The position numbers and the translations under genes were made by a program. The notes beneath the pieces were generated by a model. That model was not told where the DNA came from. It did not search any database and saw nothing but the letters and a program-made list of their open reading frames with translations. Of a DNA stretch of 48,719 bases, positions 1 through 13,155 are shown piece after piece. Positions within the stretch are counted from its first letter, which is position 1; every line of letters starts with the position of its first letter. This stretch comes from Amoebophrya sp. A120 (Eukaryota; Protista; Dinoflagellata), in NCBI GenBank assembly GCA_905178155.1, contig CAJINV010000002.1, positions 12,716,568 through 12,765,286 of the forward strand. The letters run 5' to 3'.

Positions 1-769
1 AAAAAAGTAGGAACACAGCCAGCCAGCGAAACGAAAGCAGGGCGCAGCAGACACGAAGAGTGTTCGCCCAAGAATGATCATGGCCCGGAAATGAGAAGGA
101 AAGTGTGATGAAAGGATAATGTGTAATGCGACTCGTGAAAAGAGTAATGCTACGAGAAAAGTGGCAACATATTCGTACTTATATGCTTATGCAAATGTAG
201 ATTCTTTATTTCTTGGAAGCGTGGTAGGGGCCTCGCAAATGAATAGTCTGACAGAGAGGGGCTGAGATAATCGTTTTCGCTGACTGTCTGATTCGATTTT
301 TTGCAATCGGCGATCGAAGTGCTGCTTCGGAAGGGAACAGTGCAAAAATCGCCAGAACGCATATCGTCGTCGCCACATCATAGTCGTTCGGTTCGCGTTT
401 CGTTGGTTCAGTCAAAACGCAAAAGTGCACGGTACTTATTGCCTACGTGATGCTGCGACATTATTTCGCTGTGCAAAAAAAAGAAAATACCCTTCCGAAA
501 ATTGATCTTCACTTACGTAAAAATGTGTAGCAGCTGAATTTTTTCGGGGGAAAGTTGTACTTGGGCCAGAATTTTTGACGTCCTTGATTTATTGCAGTAT
601 CTTGTCGTAAGTAGAAACTATGGCTTGGATAACAGCAGGCGTGACAAAAAAAAGAAAAATTGATTTTGGTCGATGAGATTTAGTCAGAGCTCTCTCATCG
701 CGTATCTGGATCGGAGTCGATAATAAATCTACAAACTAAGAATAGACATTCAGTCCACTGACGCGTCTC

Positions 770-2440
770 ATGCGGCTTCCCTCCTATTTGTTTGCCGCGA
801 CTGCGGCAGCGCGGGAGTTTGTGGAGAGCGGGAACACCGACGAGCCGGAGCATGATTTGTCTTCTTTTGCTCAGACCGGAGAGGCTGTCGCGGAACCCCC
901 AGCGACGCAAGCTCCAGCACCAGCGGCCCCAAGGCACTACACTCGAACGGGCTCCGCACACAAATGTATTATTGAAATTCATCCGGTGTTGTATTTAGTG
1001 TTTGGCTTTGGTATAAAGGAAAAACTTTTGTTTGTGTTGCTACACCACAAATATTTGATTGATTGTGATGCTTGTTACGTGCATAAAGAAAAAACACAGA
1101 AAGAAAAATGCGAATTACATTCTGTCTTGTTCGAACCGACTGTACAGACGGCTACGCCATCCCGAAAGACGCTGGGATTGGGACCAACTACAACGCGAAG
1201 CACGGTCCGAAAGTGAATTTTCCCCACGGTATGGAGCACTGGGAGAAGAAGGCGTCCAACATGCTCTGGCGCACGGACCTGCTGGAACCGTCGGGACCCG
1301 GCGGCGTGGTGGTGCCCAAGTACGCAGAGAACTACCACCTCACCTTCAAGGACCCTTTGGTGATGCGCAACCCCAAGGACGACGAGCTGCCGCGCACCGA
1401 GGACCAGACCTACCGGGCGCAGGTGGACATGCCCACCCTCGGGGAGCCGAAGGAGACGCAGTTGTACCGCGACCAGAAGAAGCTCGCGTGGCGCGATTGC
1501 GCGTTCCATCTGTACGGCATTCCCGCCGTGCAAGACAACCAGCAGCGCAGACCGGTGGTCTGTTACCCGGTATATCGTTTTTGATTTTTGTACTTGCAAC
1601 CGCAAGAAATAACCTGAAGATGTAGTAGATGCTACTAGTTGTCTCTTGACAAAATCTAGATGTCGTTACGCACGTTTTGTAGTCCGTTTTTTCCATGCGT
1701 AACACATTTTTTTATCCTAGGTCGGCTGGCAGTGGGCACGTGGCGTAGAGCTGTATGAAGACACTAACCTCGGCCTGTATGATAGCAAATCTTGGGTGAG
1801 GTACAAACAGCATCTTGCGCTGAGCATATCTAAGGAGCTTGCGGAAGCTGTATTTGATTAATCTCTTGAAGATTATTAGCATTACACTGACCAGTTCGTT
1901 TGTGCATGGATTGTGATGAAAGGGGTGAAAACGCGGAAACAAAGAAAAAGTTTGGTCCTAGTGCCAAGATTTCGCTAGTAAATGCTTCCCGGCCTGATGG
2001 AAGTAGTGGACGCAATGGAGAAGCTGTACTACGAGGGTGCTCGGTTCGCCCTCGCGATTCGTCAGGGCAAGGGTAATTCGCCGGAACAGCTGTTGGAACC
2101 GATCAGTGAGTTTACCGGCGCCGTACCGCAAAAGGTCCTGTACTGCAATCCAGACGAGCTGAGCTACTTCGACTCCCACGGCCGGTGCGTGTTTCGCGAC
2201 GACCAGGGTAAGTATCTGATCGGGTATCGCAACCCCGGCTACCTGCAGATGCAAAACTGGCGAGGCGTTGTCACGCATTCTGCCGAAGGGTATGAATTTT
2301 GTCTTTACGCAGTTAGTTTTTTTTTCATTGCTTCTGCTAGGCATTTCGCAGTTCTCATTGCGTTTGTTTTGCTGTCCGTCATGGTCATGGAAAAGGTCGA
2401 GGAACGCGAGCAGAGCAATGGAAACCAAATACATCTCTGA
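770..2440 (+). CDS. Multi-exon hypothetical protein with signal-peptide-like N-terminus; 3' end uncertain and may continue into the next CDS
   Basis: MRLPSYLFAATAAA start. GT-AG introns 966-1147 and 1570-1720 join frames (..SAHK|YGYAIPK.., ..VVCYP|VGWQW..). A non-canonical intron 1850-1981 gives ..ELAEA|MLPGLMEVVD. Coding-like segments near 2710-2790 and 2924-3050 suggest the gene may not end at 2440. Confidence 0.6.
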
Positions 2441-3789
2441 CGGCACGATGAATGTGTCTTGCTCAACGATGAAAGCAATTGATGCAGACCTTACCAGGTT
2501 TTCAAATCGACAGCGTCAGCTGCGCTATGTGTCTAAACTCGGTAACACACGCCCATATCTGATCGACGGACGAAGATGCAGATGAGCAGCAATTTCGCAA
2601 GTTCTTCGCTGATCAATACTACTGCAGGAACAGCGACAAACAGAAAATTGTTGGTGCCGCGGGGATTACAAGTGACAAGACGTACGCGCTGGCCTTCCCA
2701 AGCAGAAGTGAGGAGCTCGGCACCCCGGCTTTGTACAAAGTACCATGGGGAGGCTGGGTCGCGGTGGCGCAGGAAACTCTAGGCGGGCTTGGTAAGAGGC
2801 TACATAAAAGGGGAGTCGTGTGCGCTTAGTATAGCAAGCGGAATAATTATTGCTAGCTGAAACTATGAAATCATTATGATTTAGAAATAGAATACGACTC
2901 AGGTTTTTTATTGCGTCTGTAAGGTGAACGATTTGATTTGTGAAAAAATAACAGCCGAGGAGGGAGTAGACTTATCCACCGCGCATTGGTCTGGGTCTGA
3001 AAAACTGCAAAGTTGGAAAGCATCGCGGCTCGCGTATCGCATGTCTCTCTCTTCTCTAGACTTTTTGATGCATGCTTTTGTTGCATTGCGAATAAATGCG
3101 ACCTTTTGTAATGCGGAATACTGCCTAGCCCTAGCGTCAGCACAAGGACAAGTATGTCCGACTGGTCAACATGCTCGGCAGTGCATCTCTGTCTGTTTGG
3201 TAACCACTAGCTAGAGTCACAACTTTCATCCAGAGGACCCAGACATATTTGCAGTTGACAAGACTACAACGAAGACAGCGATCCTTACCAGGAGTTCGTA
3301 TGAGAACGCACAATTTTATCTCTCACACACTTGAAGTCCATTCCTCCAAGGAACAGACGCCATCACAAGAAACGACAACGCGAACAGCGTGTGCATGAAG
3401 ATAAACTCAACAGACGCTGAGCGAGTTCCGGTAGAAGGAGGTGTCATGCATATCTTCAAGTAGCTGCAAAAGGCACGAGTACGGGGGAATTTTTGTGCAC
3501 TTTCATACTACGATGAGGAGTTCCGCGAATACTGGTCTTGGGCGCCTAGTTATCCAACAAAATACAAGCTGTTTTAGTGGAAATAAATTTATTGTACTGC
3601 AGGTGAGAATAATGCAAGGGACAACTTTCAATTGGTTTATTCGCGCGTACTACGTACGAGGACTAGGTACGCATGAGAAGTGTTGTCATTGCAGAACTTA
3701 TCGCAATCATGCTGCCCTCCCTCGAAAAAAATCACACTAGCTGCTTTTTTTCCCTGGATACTAGTCGCACATCGTCTGCTTTGTTGCCG

Positions 3790-6700
3790 GAGGCCCCCCT
3801 CGGCTTCCACTATCACTACGAGCACATGGCCTCGGGACTGCCGCTGGCCGATCTAGAGTCGAGATTTGAGTACGACGGCATCCGGGACTTTGACGACCAT
3901 GCCAAGTTTGCGCAGGAAGAGGCCGAGCGGCTGAATTTGAGCGCGGAGTGGGACAGGCTGGTATGCGGGAAAAGCTCAGTGTTTTTTTCTATGTGGTGCG
4001 CTTGCAAATGTTGGTCTTCGTTCCCTCTTAATGTACTTACTTTCCAGGAAGGCGGGCATCGGTTCGTCTATCTTATCTTCAGCGCGTGTTACCTTGTCCA
4101 AGATTTTTTGGATTTTTGGCGTGTTTCTTCATCACAACAGGTGCATGCCATGTACAAGCACGTACATGGGCAGCGGGTAGTGGAAGCGACGACCACGGAC
4201 CAGGACAACTCGCAGTTTGCCAAGGTGTGCAAGTACCTGGGGGAGCACAACTTGGGAATCGACCGCATTTTCCAAGTTGCCCACACGGACTCCAGTCAAG
4301 TCGTGCTGCAACTCCACTACCGGGCGTCCATTTTGCTACAGTACCTGACCAAGGTGACGAAAAACGACTTGTTTGCATCCTTCCACATACGGCAGAGAAA
4401 CGCGGTTTTTCGTCCCGCACCGCAGTTCTTCATAGTGGCGTATGAAGATATTCGCTTGTGAAAAAATTCTAGCAGCTGCTTTTGAAGAGGGAGTCATAAT
4501 TCATTCAGACCGCAACATTCTCCTTTGTTCTACTCATTATATCTGAAAGAGTACGTTTTATCACGCACAGGAGACGAACAGCGCAGCCGTTTGTAGTCTC
4601 TCTCCGCTTGTTTTCATGTTCTTCCCTGCGGTGCATAAGCAACTGGAAGAACGACCGCGGTGCGGGGCGAATTTGTTTTGCATACGACCAGTGCAGCATG
4701 CAGAACCGGAGGTCGCGCATCGACGAGGGTAAGGACCCCCTCGCCCTGTATGTGGATTTGCGCGCGACGGCGCTGCGGGCGCGGGAACGAGATGTGTTCA
4801 ACAACATGGCTTACAAGACGTACACCGAGCTGCACCGGGAGCTGGTGACGGAGGTGCAGATGTACGGCGTCGCGAGCCCGCGCGCGGTGCAGCTGCGGGA
4901 CGTGCTTGAGAAGCTGGCGGACGACTGGGAGCGGTCGCCGCACGGGTGTTACTTCCGGCTCCCCGCCACCAGCTCCGCGCCGGGCGGGGTGGACCTGCTG
5001 ATCAACCCCTGGGGCTCCCAGCCGCGCAACACGGACGGCCGGCTGTCGCGGCACTGCTACTCCGAGGACACCGAAGCGCTGCTGCACGTGGACCGGCTGG
5101 CCTGGATCACGACCGCGGCGGGCAAGGGCTTCCAGCCCGAGGAGGAAACCGGGGGCCGCCGCGTGCCGGCCAAGGACATCCCGGCCGCCACGACCGCGCT
5201 GCCGACCAAGAACCCGCTGGACACGCGGCTGTTTCTCACCTCGAACATATTACAGTGAAAAATGCCCCCACCCCGGAATTTGCAGAAGTTTGTCATGCAA
5301 AGTTTCCAAATGAAAGCTTTTTGTCTTGCATAAAAGGATTGCGAGTGTTTCTGATGCAGAATCAGGGTGCGCAAAGTGCCTTGTGCATAACAGATTCGGC
5401 TGCTGTTGGGCTACTTCGCAACACAAATTTGACCTATTCACCATGGAAAATTTGTGATGCTGAGTTATGCAAGACGGGGAATGTTTCTGTTGGAAAGGTT
5501 TGCAATACAAATGCTGCCAAGCTGGGAGTGGGGGCATTTTTCACTGTAATAGAACACGCACGGCAAGATGGAGGAGCTGCTGCACCAGGTGGACGGGTCA
5601 CTGACCTACGAGGGCACGCAGGACGAGAACATGCCCGACGCCATCGTGCACGCGGGCGACTTCTCCTTCCTGGACTCGCAGGTGCAGCAGACCTACTCCA
5701 GTCAGGCGGGCAGTTTCGTGTCCTCCGGCGAAGTGTACACCACGGTGCCGCGCGTGGAGCAGCTCGAAATGGAGGCCTACAAGACGTCGCGGCGCGCGCG
5801 CGAGCGCGTGCACGCGCAGGGGGGCCGAGACGACTCCTTCGACAGGTTTGTGGAGCAGGAGAAGGAGGCGCAGGAACGCGCGCTGCAGGTGAAGCTGGCG
5901 CTGCGGCAGTCCGCCCGGGGGACGGCCATCACCGGCGAGGCGGACCTGTTCCCGAGCGCCTACACCAACCTGGAGTGGACGGACATCGGCTCGGACAGCA
6001 CGGCCTTCATGCCCATGCCGGTCAGTGACGTGCCCGGGGACTACCTGTCGCCGGACCTGGAGGAGAACCTGCGCGCGTTCTCCAAGCTCGGCCGGCGCTG
6101 GGGCCGGTTCTGGAAGGTGGAGCGGCTGTTCGTGCAGGGGGGGCACGACGTGTCCCTGGAAGACTACGCCGTCGCGGAGGCGGTCAACCAGATATCAAAT
6201 GTAAAAATGTCTGGGTCTGGAAGAATGCAAGACTTGTGATGCAGGTTTTCCATGACCCATGAGGTCTGGAATGCGAGACCCAGCATGACAGATTTTTTGA
6301 GGACTCCATCATGCCTTTCCTGCATGAGAAACTACCCCTCAACTTGGTCAAAAGCGGACAGCTTTTGGTACTCACGCAGCACAGATTTTCGCATCATTGA
6401 GATTTAGCATGACAAGTTCTAACCTTCCAGACCCAGACATTTTTACATTTGATACCAGAAGCGCCACGGCAAAAACGGGCTCACCTACGAACCTGGGACG
6501 ATGTACCTGCGGGTATCCTATGTAAAAACGTCCCCACCCCAGAGTTGTCATGCAGATCTGAATGCTGAAAATGTTTCTCATGCGGAGCCCCATAAGAAGC
6601 ATGTCGCAGTCGTGTTTTGGAATTTGTCATGCTCCAACCAGCACGATATAGTAGATCTGTGATGCTGCTGAGGTAGGTCAAACAGCACTACACTACGAGT

Positions 6701-8015
6701 CCAAATCTGTCATGCAAAACGGCCAAAGCTTGTGGATTTGTCTAGCCGAGTCCCCATCTTGACTCTGGTGTGGGGACGTGTTTACTCAGGATAGCGGGGG
6801 GGCGAGTTGGACATGGTAAGGCTGCAAACACTGGCGCTGAACAACCAGTGGACCGACGAAGACCGCGCTTTCCTCTGGATGAAGTGCATCGAAAGCCTCA
6901 CCCCGGAGTCCGAGCGACACATCTTCAACCTCGAGGCGGAGGAAACGGGTATTTATGAATGTTGTTCGGCGAGTTGCTTGCCGTGTGTAAATTCACTAGG
7001 ATGAAGATGAATGCTACAGCGCCAGCGCTGCTGTTCTAATTTTTATGATGGTTTGATTTGGTATTCTTTCTCCATTTCTATGTCTGGCTGTGCACAAGGA
7101 AGCTGCGGATCCATGAGAAGTCAATCAATCTTTTTTCCATTCCATCTCCCAACAGCCAACACTTGCTCCGTCGAAGAGCTAGTGCACATGCGTTCCAAGC
7201 CGTGCGGACATTGGCTGAACATGCACGCGAAGCCATGGCACAAGATCAAGCGCACGCAGTTGACGGTGGGAGGGTCCGGTGCCGGTACCTGGAAACCGGC
7301 GTTCTACTCCATGACGCACCGAAAGACGGGGAACATTCAAGCCTACCACACGCTCGAAGCTAAGCTCCGCGCCTGCCACCTGCGATCGTACGAGACCGAG
7401 ACGGCGGATGTGCAGGGTGTGGACCTGTTCGTGTCCCATGATGACTTGATTACCGACGGCGCGGAGGGCGCCATGGAACGCGCCAGCATGCTGTTCGAGA
7501 ACCCCTACGCTATGTACGACTACCACCCGGAAACTGGCGTGACGCCTTCGAACAAACCCAGTGTACGTCTTTCACGAAATGGTTGCATCGCTAGTTTTTT
7601 TTCACATGAGAGGAATGGAGTTCGATTGATTTTAATATAGCGACCTTTCCGTTGGATTAGGATTTGAGTTTGCCGTGCACGGCGTTTCTTGACGTACGAA
7701 ACGACGTCGCAAAAGCAAGAGCAATGCCACTCCATGATGACAAAAAGAATTTCCCCAAACTTGACCAACATCGCCGCGCAGGTTGTCTTCATGGGGAACC
7801 GCCAGGCGGGCCCCCTGGTACGGCTCCAGCCTTCGAGTAGCAGCGGCAGTGGCGAGTTCATGTTCTTTATCAAGGCCCCGGCAGTGGGCAAGGGTCTGCA
7901 CGTTTACTCGCCGCCACTCATCGTCGACATGCCGCCGCGGGCGGAAATGCAGGAGCTACTGGGCCGGCACCACGCCCCATCTCCCGTTGTTGACGGACCG
8001 AAAGTAGGAAGGTAA
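3790..8015 (+). CDS. Large multi-exon hypothetical protein (start not located; possibly one gene with 770-2440)
   Basis: High-GC3 exons joined in frame by GT-AG introns 3961-4140, 4440-4639, 6949-7155 and 7563-7781, and by three TIR elements (5248, 6193, 6514). A further exon is possible at 8646-8720. No domain recognised. Confidence 0.65.
5248..5551. mobile_element. Introner/MITE-like TIR element acting as intron
   Basis: Perfect 24-bp TIR TATTACAGTGAAAAATGCCCCCAC; TSD GAACA at 5243-5247 and 5552-5556. Removal joins ..LTSN|THGKMEELL in frame. Confidence 0.93.
6193..6454. mobile_element. Introner TIR element acting as intron
   Basis: Perfect 31-bp TIR TATCAAATGTAAAAATGTCTGGGTCTGGAAG; TSD CCAGA at 6188-6192 and 6455-6459. 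Removal gives ..AVNQ|KRHGKNG. Confidence 0.93.
6514..6793. mobile_element. 280-bp introner element, copy 1 (same family as 36815-37094)
   Basis: Imperfect TIR TATCCTATGTAAAAACGTCCCCAC / GTGGGGACGTGTTTACTCAGGATA; TSD GCGGG at 6509-6513 and 6794-6798. Removal gives ..MYLR|GGELDMV. Confidence 0.93.
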
Positions 8016-9367
8016 AAATTTAAAAATGGAAATGCGGGGCGTGCAGTTTTCATAAAATTTTTCTACTTCGGAAGAAGTGCCTTCGAAGAAATCAAACCAA
8101 GTAGTACCCCCAATCTTCAGTAAAACTGAGAAACGCTAGCTAGCAGAATCTATGTGAACCCCCACCAAAAACACTCTTGGAAAGTTGACTCTTGTACAAA
8201 AACTCTACAAAAATTTGATGTTTGTCGACCCAGATTTGCGAGTTTGATTGTGCTTTGAAAAAAATGAACCCGAGGAATTTTTCTTGTTTCACCAATTATT
8301 TTTGTCGTTTGATTACACCGATAATGCACACCAGTACCAAACTAATCTTACAACGAGAACAGATTGATTTCCAACTTTAGCAAAACTAACAAACAGCATC
8401 GATTCGAAGAAGAAAAAACCTGTTGCAATATTCGAAAACGCCGAGCGAAGAATGAGTATTCAGAAGAGGTTACAGAAAGACTAACCTGTACACAGCATCG
8501 CGAAAAAATTAAAAAAATCCGGGAGTGTGCTATTCGCGACAACGTAAAAAATTAAAACAGAAAATGTACTTGAGTTTCCTAGAATTATTGTTTCATGTTG
8601 ATCTACTTCTACTGTACCATTTGACAGAGGAGATACTGTATACAGATGTCTTTGAAAGAAATTGTCAAGGATGCAGAGTCCTACGTGTATGATGCAAAGG
8701 TAAAAAAGACCGAAGATATGAAGACGCTATGCTGAATAGTTTGAAGCGAAAACGACGCATGAAGTACTTGGTTTTATGAAACTGCATCGGTGTTCTCAGG
8801 TTGCGAGCTATTAATATGGGTTTCATTGTTCTACTCAGGTCAGCATCGCATGGTGAGCACCAGCACAGCGCATTCATTGCTCCGCTACGTTGCGACTTGC
8901 TACGATCCACTTTTGCCAACCGATCAGCGCATATTTCTCTCGGCTGCATGCATCGATCATCATTTCTTGATGCTCATGAGTTTTGATTGCGATCTCGCTT
9001 TTGATCCTTTTTTACCGATCCGACCCGTTTCTGCAGGCGACACAGCGAACAGTGTGAATTTCTGTGAGACCCACCTTTTTGCTCCGTTCTGATAACCATA
9101 AAAAAAGATAACGGCCACTCCTTGGGCGCAAAGTTTGTTTCCCACCCCTTCCGAGACATTCCATTTTTACTACGTAGAGATTTTCATTTTTGTTTCATTC
9201 TTTCCCAAAAGACCGAAATGCCGACTGGCGTTCTTGAGGATACTACCTACCGCGTCATGACGACCTGCGAAAGAAGAATGGCCGACAGCGCCGGTTTCTC
9301 ATCCGACGCGGCTTAACCCCAGGGCAACGATCCGTGGCAAAAACACCCAATAGACACGTCGCCCAAC

Positions 9368-11998
9368 ATGGCGATCATGTTGTGCCTGGAGGCAGACGCC
9401 ATGGAGTTCGACTTCGAGGCGGAGCTGACGAAAAAGGACCAGGAAAACCTTGCACAGCAGTACCACCAGCCCAACCGCAATTACCACCAGCCCCACACCG
9501 TGGTATGTCGCCATTGGCTGCGAAACCTCTGCATGAAGGGAGAGCAGCAATGTCCCTATTTGCACTACTACGATCCGAACCGCATGCCCGAGTGCCAAAC
9601 CTGGCTCAGGTACGGCAAGTGCACCGATCCGGACTGCATCTACCGCCATACAAAGGACGAGACAAGGCCGGATTGCGAAAATTACAAGTATATCTAGTTG
9701 AAGACTTGTTGTAGCGCGAATGTTTTAATAGCCGCTTGTTGCGGCAGTTCAAGGGGAAGGAGCCTAATTGAACATAACACATAATCCTCAATTTTATATG
9801 ATTACCCTAGGTATGGTTTTTGCAAGCTCGGGAATGCGTGTCGGTTGCGACACGAAAAGCGGCCAAGGAGGGAGCTGCCCGAAGTGGTGTCAGATTATTT
9901 CCTCGAGTGCATCATTGCCGAGAACGTTCATCTAATACCAAAGTTGGAGCTGAAGCCGACGCCGCAGCAGGAAGAGGTACTTCCTTACTGAATCAAACAT
10001 TTCTTGTATCTATTGCCGTAAGCTCTGGTGCAAGACAGCGTCTGCAATTTTTTCCCAGATAACTTTTGATCCTTACCATTGGACCCGTTTTTCTCGTCAC
10101 CACTGCACCGCGTTTTGTGTTTCGCGATGAATATTATTGCGAGAACTACTGGATTCTCGACCTACTCCGCAAGCCTAAAAAATTATACGCAGGCGCAGCG
10201 GCAAGCAGAGCTGCCCGTCCTCGTGAATCTCCCGGAGCCGGTCGAGAACGCGAAGACGAAGTTTGTGTTCATCAAGAGCGGTTCGCGCGCGAACCTGGAC
10301 ATTTCGATCGCAAAAGCGATTTGGGCGACCACACCGGGAAACAGCGAGTACCTGGACCGCACTTTCCGCCACTTTGACCACGTCATCTTGATCATGACCT
10401 GCAAGGAAACGAAGAAGCTGCTGGGGTACGCCAAAATGCTGTCGTTACCCGACCCCAACCTGTTTCAGAACATTTGGGGCACGCTGTCCTCCAAACTGGC
10501 CGCAAATTTCCGTGTGCACTGGATGAAGCTCTGCGTCACGCCCTACGAAAACTTCGACTACTTGAAGATGACAGACCCGAACGTTGGGTACAGTTTTTGT
10601 GGGTTTGTTTTTGTTTCGCATAATATTATTTTTTCCGGGAAGTCTACTTTTATGACCTATTTTGATTTTCCTCTTCTTGTGGTGGACCGAACAATGAAAG
10701 AACAATTCTGTCTTGCGTGCTGGCAAATTAAAAGAAAAATGGACAAAATTGAACAGCGTTGTGCCGTTTTACAAGTTTCGCGACGGAATGACACTCACGG
10801 ATGAAGTCGGGACGGAAATTTGTAAGCAGCTGACGCGAGCCGTGGACGTCGACTTATTACAGGGCACCGATTTCGGTGCAGAGCCTCGCATTATGTACGA
10901 CCCGGAGGAGTGGCGCGTGAAGCGCGAGGAGCTTTTGAGCGGCAACGCAAATGCGCCGTCCACAAATTTGACGGAGCCTATCGGGGAGGAGAGAGAAGTC
11001 GTGCGCGCCGGCACGTTCGAGCAGCAGACACCCGCTTCCGTTACCGCCCCGCCCCCGGTGCAGCACCAGGAGCCCAAACCACAGTAAGATTTTTATTGCG
11101 ATTTCTTTGTAATTTTCTTCTGCAAGCGATGAAGACAAGAGCAGGAAGACGAAAGAAATAAAATGAAAAGCGATTAGGCAGCACTTTAAGTAGTTCCATC
11201 CGGACTTGTCATGAGAAAGGCAAGTCGGCGGCATGATTGCTAAAGTCAACTTTTATCTTCATCTCTCCAGGCCCCCACCGCAGCAAAGCGCGCAGCCCAG
11301 TGTGTCGCAGAGCGGTGCTTGGCGTCCCCCGGGCCAAGCAGCCCCGGCTGCTCCCCCACCGTCCAACGATGGAGCTTGGAGGCCACCGGGAGCGCCACCA
11401 CCACAGCAGGTATAAGTAGATGCTTTGTAGTTTCTGTCGATAACATTTTCGCTTGCAAAAAACAGCAGCAGGCGTGATTTTTCTTCCTGATTTTCCAAAG
11501 GAAACAAAGTGTCACTTTCACTTCCATTCCACTTAGCTTCCGCCTTTACACAACACACAGGTTCCCACCCACCAGCCCCCCGCAGCGACACATGGTGTGT
11601 GGCGACCGCCCGGTGCGGCGGCTGCGCCACCGGTCCAGCAGCAACCAAATTTTGTTCCACCACCCGCGGGTGGGGCTCCACCGGCCGCCCCGGGCGGCGT
11701 TTGGCGACCGCCCGGCGCGCCGGCACCGCCACCCGGTCCGCCGCCGAGTTACGGCGCGGTTATTAGGCCGCCGCAGCACCACCCGCAAGGGGGAGGTCCG
11801 TACGGAAAGCCATTTGTCGGCGGTAAATACGGGGACGACGGAAAGTTTGGCGGGAAGAAAGGGTTTCAACATAAGAACAAAGACAAGTTCGCGGGGGGAA
11901 AGAACCACGCACCGAGCAATCAACAACAAGTTTGGGTCCCACCGGGTGCAGCTCCTGCGCCCCAGCCGAACCAGGCTTGGGTTCCGCCGACTAGCTGA
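9368..11998 (+). CDS. CPSF4: CPSF30/CPSF4-type polyadenylation factor: three CCCH zinc fingers + YTH domain + Pro-rich tail (about 594 aa)
   Basis: Exons 9368-9687, 9811-9976, 10193-10587, 10757-11083, 11271-11409, 11561-11998; all GT-AG, total 1785 nt. Motifs EFDFE, VCRHWLRNLCMKG..CPYLH and CENYKYGFCKLGNACRLRH are typical of CPSF30. YTH motifs: FVFIKS..NLDISIAKAIWAT, LGYAKM, FRVHW, RDGMTL. Confidence 0.9.
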
Positions 11999-13155
11999 AG
12001 ACCCGGAAAGCTTGTGAATCACGCGAGCCCGGACGAGTGTGGCGCGACTACACTTTTCAATCTCAATAACGACACTGAATAACATGAAAGTTCAACATTT
12101 AATCAAGCGACAATAGCGGCTAGCGCAAGTTTTAGTATTTGAAAGTATGTCGTTCAAGGACGGCGAATAAAGTCTTTTGACTCAGTCAATGTGAGCTCGT
12201 CAAAAGTAAAAAAAAGCGACGTGTAAGTACCACGAAAGGAATGGTCGTGATCAGACTCAGACCTATAGTCAGCTGTCAAGCTACTGCTGAAGCCAAAGGA
12301 GCGGCATAATCGTGGAGTGTAAATCTTCAAGTCGGCTCTTGCATCTTTGAGATACTTTTTCCTGCCTGTGTCGGTACCGGTCGCTTCTGCGATGTTTTCG
12401 GTTCATGGTGCAGAAATCTCGTGGTCACCAGGTCTGCATTGTAGTCAGAAGAAGCGTTCTTGCTCTCTTCCGTCGGTTGCAGTATACCACATTGTTACCA
12501 GTACATGATAAAAGGTACGTTATTTCCTGCCAGAAGACTCGCGTATTTTCGGTTCCTTGCAAACACACCTCTGTCGGCTTGAAGCATACATCTTTTCTCG
12601 GATCGGTTTTTAGTTCTAGTGCCATCGCACAGATGCTCGGCAGGAGATCGGAGAATGTGTACGTAGATCCCTAAAAATAAAGAGCTGACATGGTGGAGGA
12701 TCCTCGCATTCTAGTATGGTCAACGCGCAATCTTCAAGTGCATCTTTTGTAAAGATTGTCGTTTTGGATTTTATCAGGAACTCAGCGGCTCGCCGGTAAT
12801 TACTTGAATAATGTGCCACAATCAATACTGATTTACCCACCTGCCGTTTCTTTCAGTAGCATAGTGTCACGAGCGTGACTTTTTAGAGGACTGCTACTCA
12901 TTTTTGTATACAGCTCAAACTTGTTTTGCTGTTGTGAAGACTCTACTCTAGGTCTAGTTTTCTGATCCGCAACATCGTCCGCTGCGACCGTAATTAAGCA
13001 AAAATGTCAGGCCGTGGAACTGGAGTAGTAGCACAATCGCCGCCGAGATCGCCATCCCACAGTTCGCCATCGTCTGGAAACTCAGGCTCTTCGGTAGGAT
13101 ACAACTTCTACTTTTAATAATGATGATGAACGCAACAACTTTTTTCCCTGGTTGC

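Noticed and set aside
943-1136. TCGAAC direct repeat suggesting a non-canonical intron
   Set aside because: A canonical GT-AG intron 966-1147 restores the frame; no TIR present.
5251-5548. TA-CAGTG...CACTG-TA suggesting Tc1/mariner
   Set aside because: The inverted repeat extends beyond the TA and a 5-bp TSD lies outside it, as in the other introners, so the superfamily cannot be assigned on this basis.
10582-10761. CGTTG direct repeat flanking the intron in the YTH domain
   Set aside because: Explained by GT-AG intron 10588-10756; no TAT..ATA ends.
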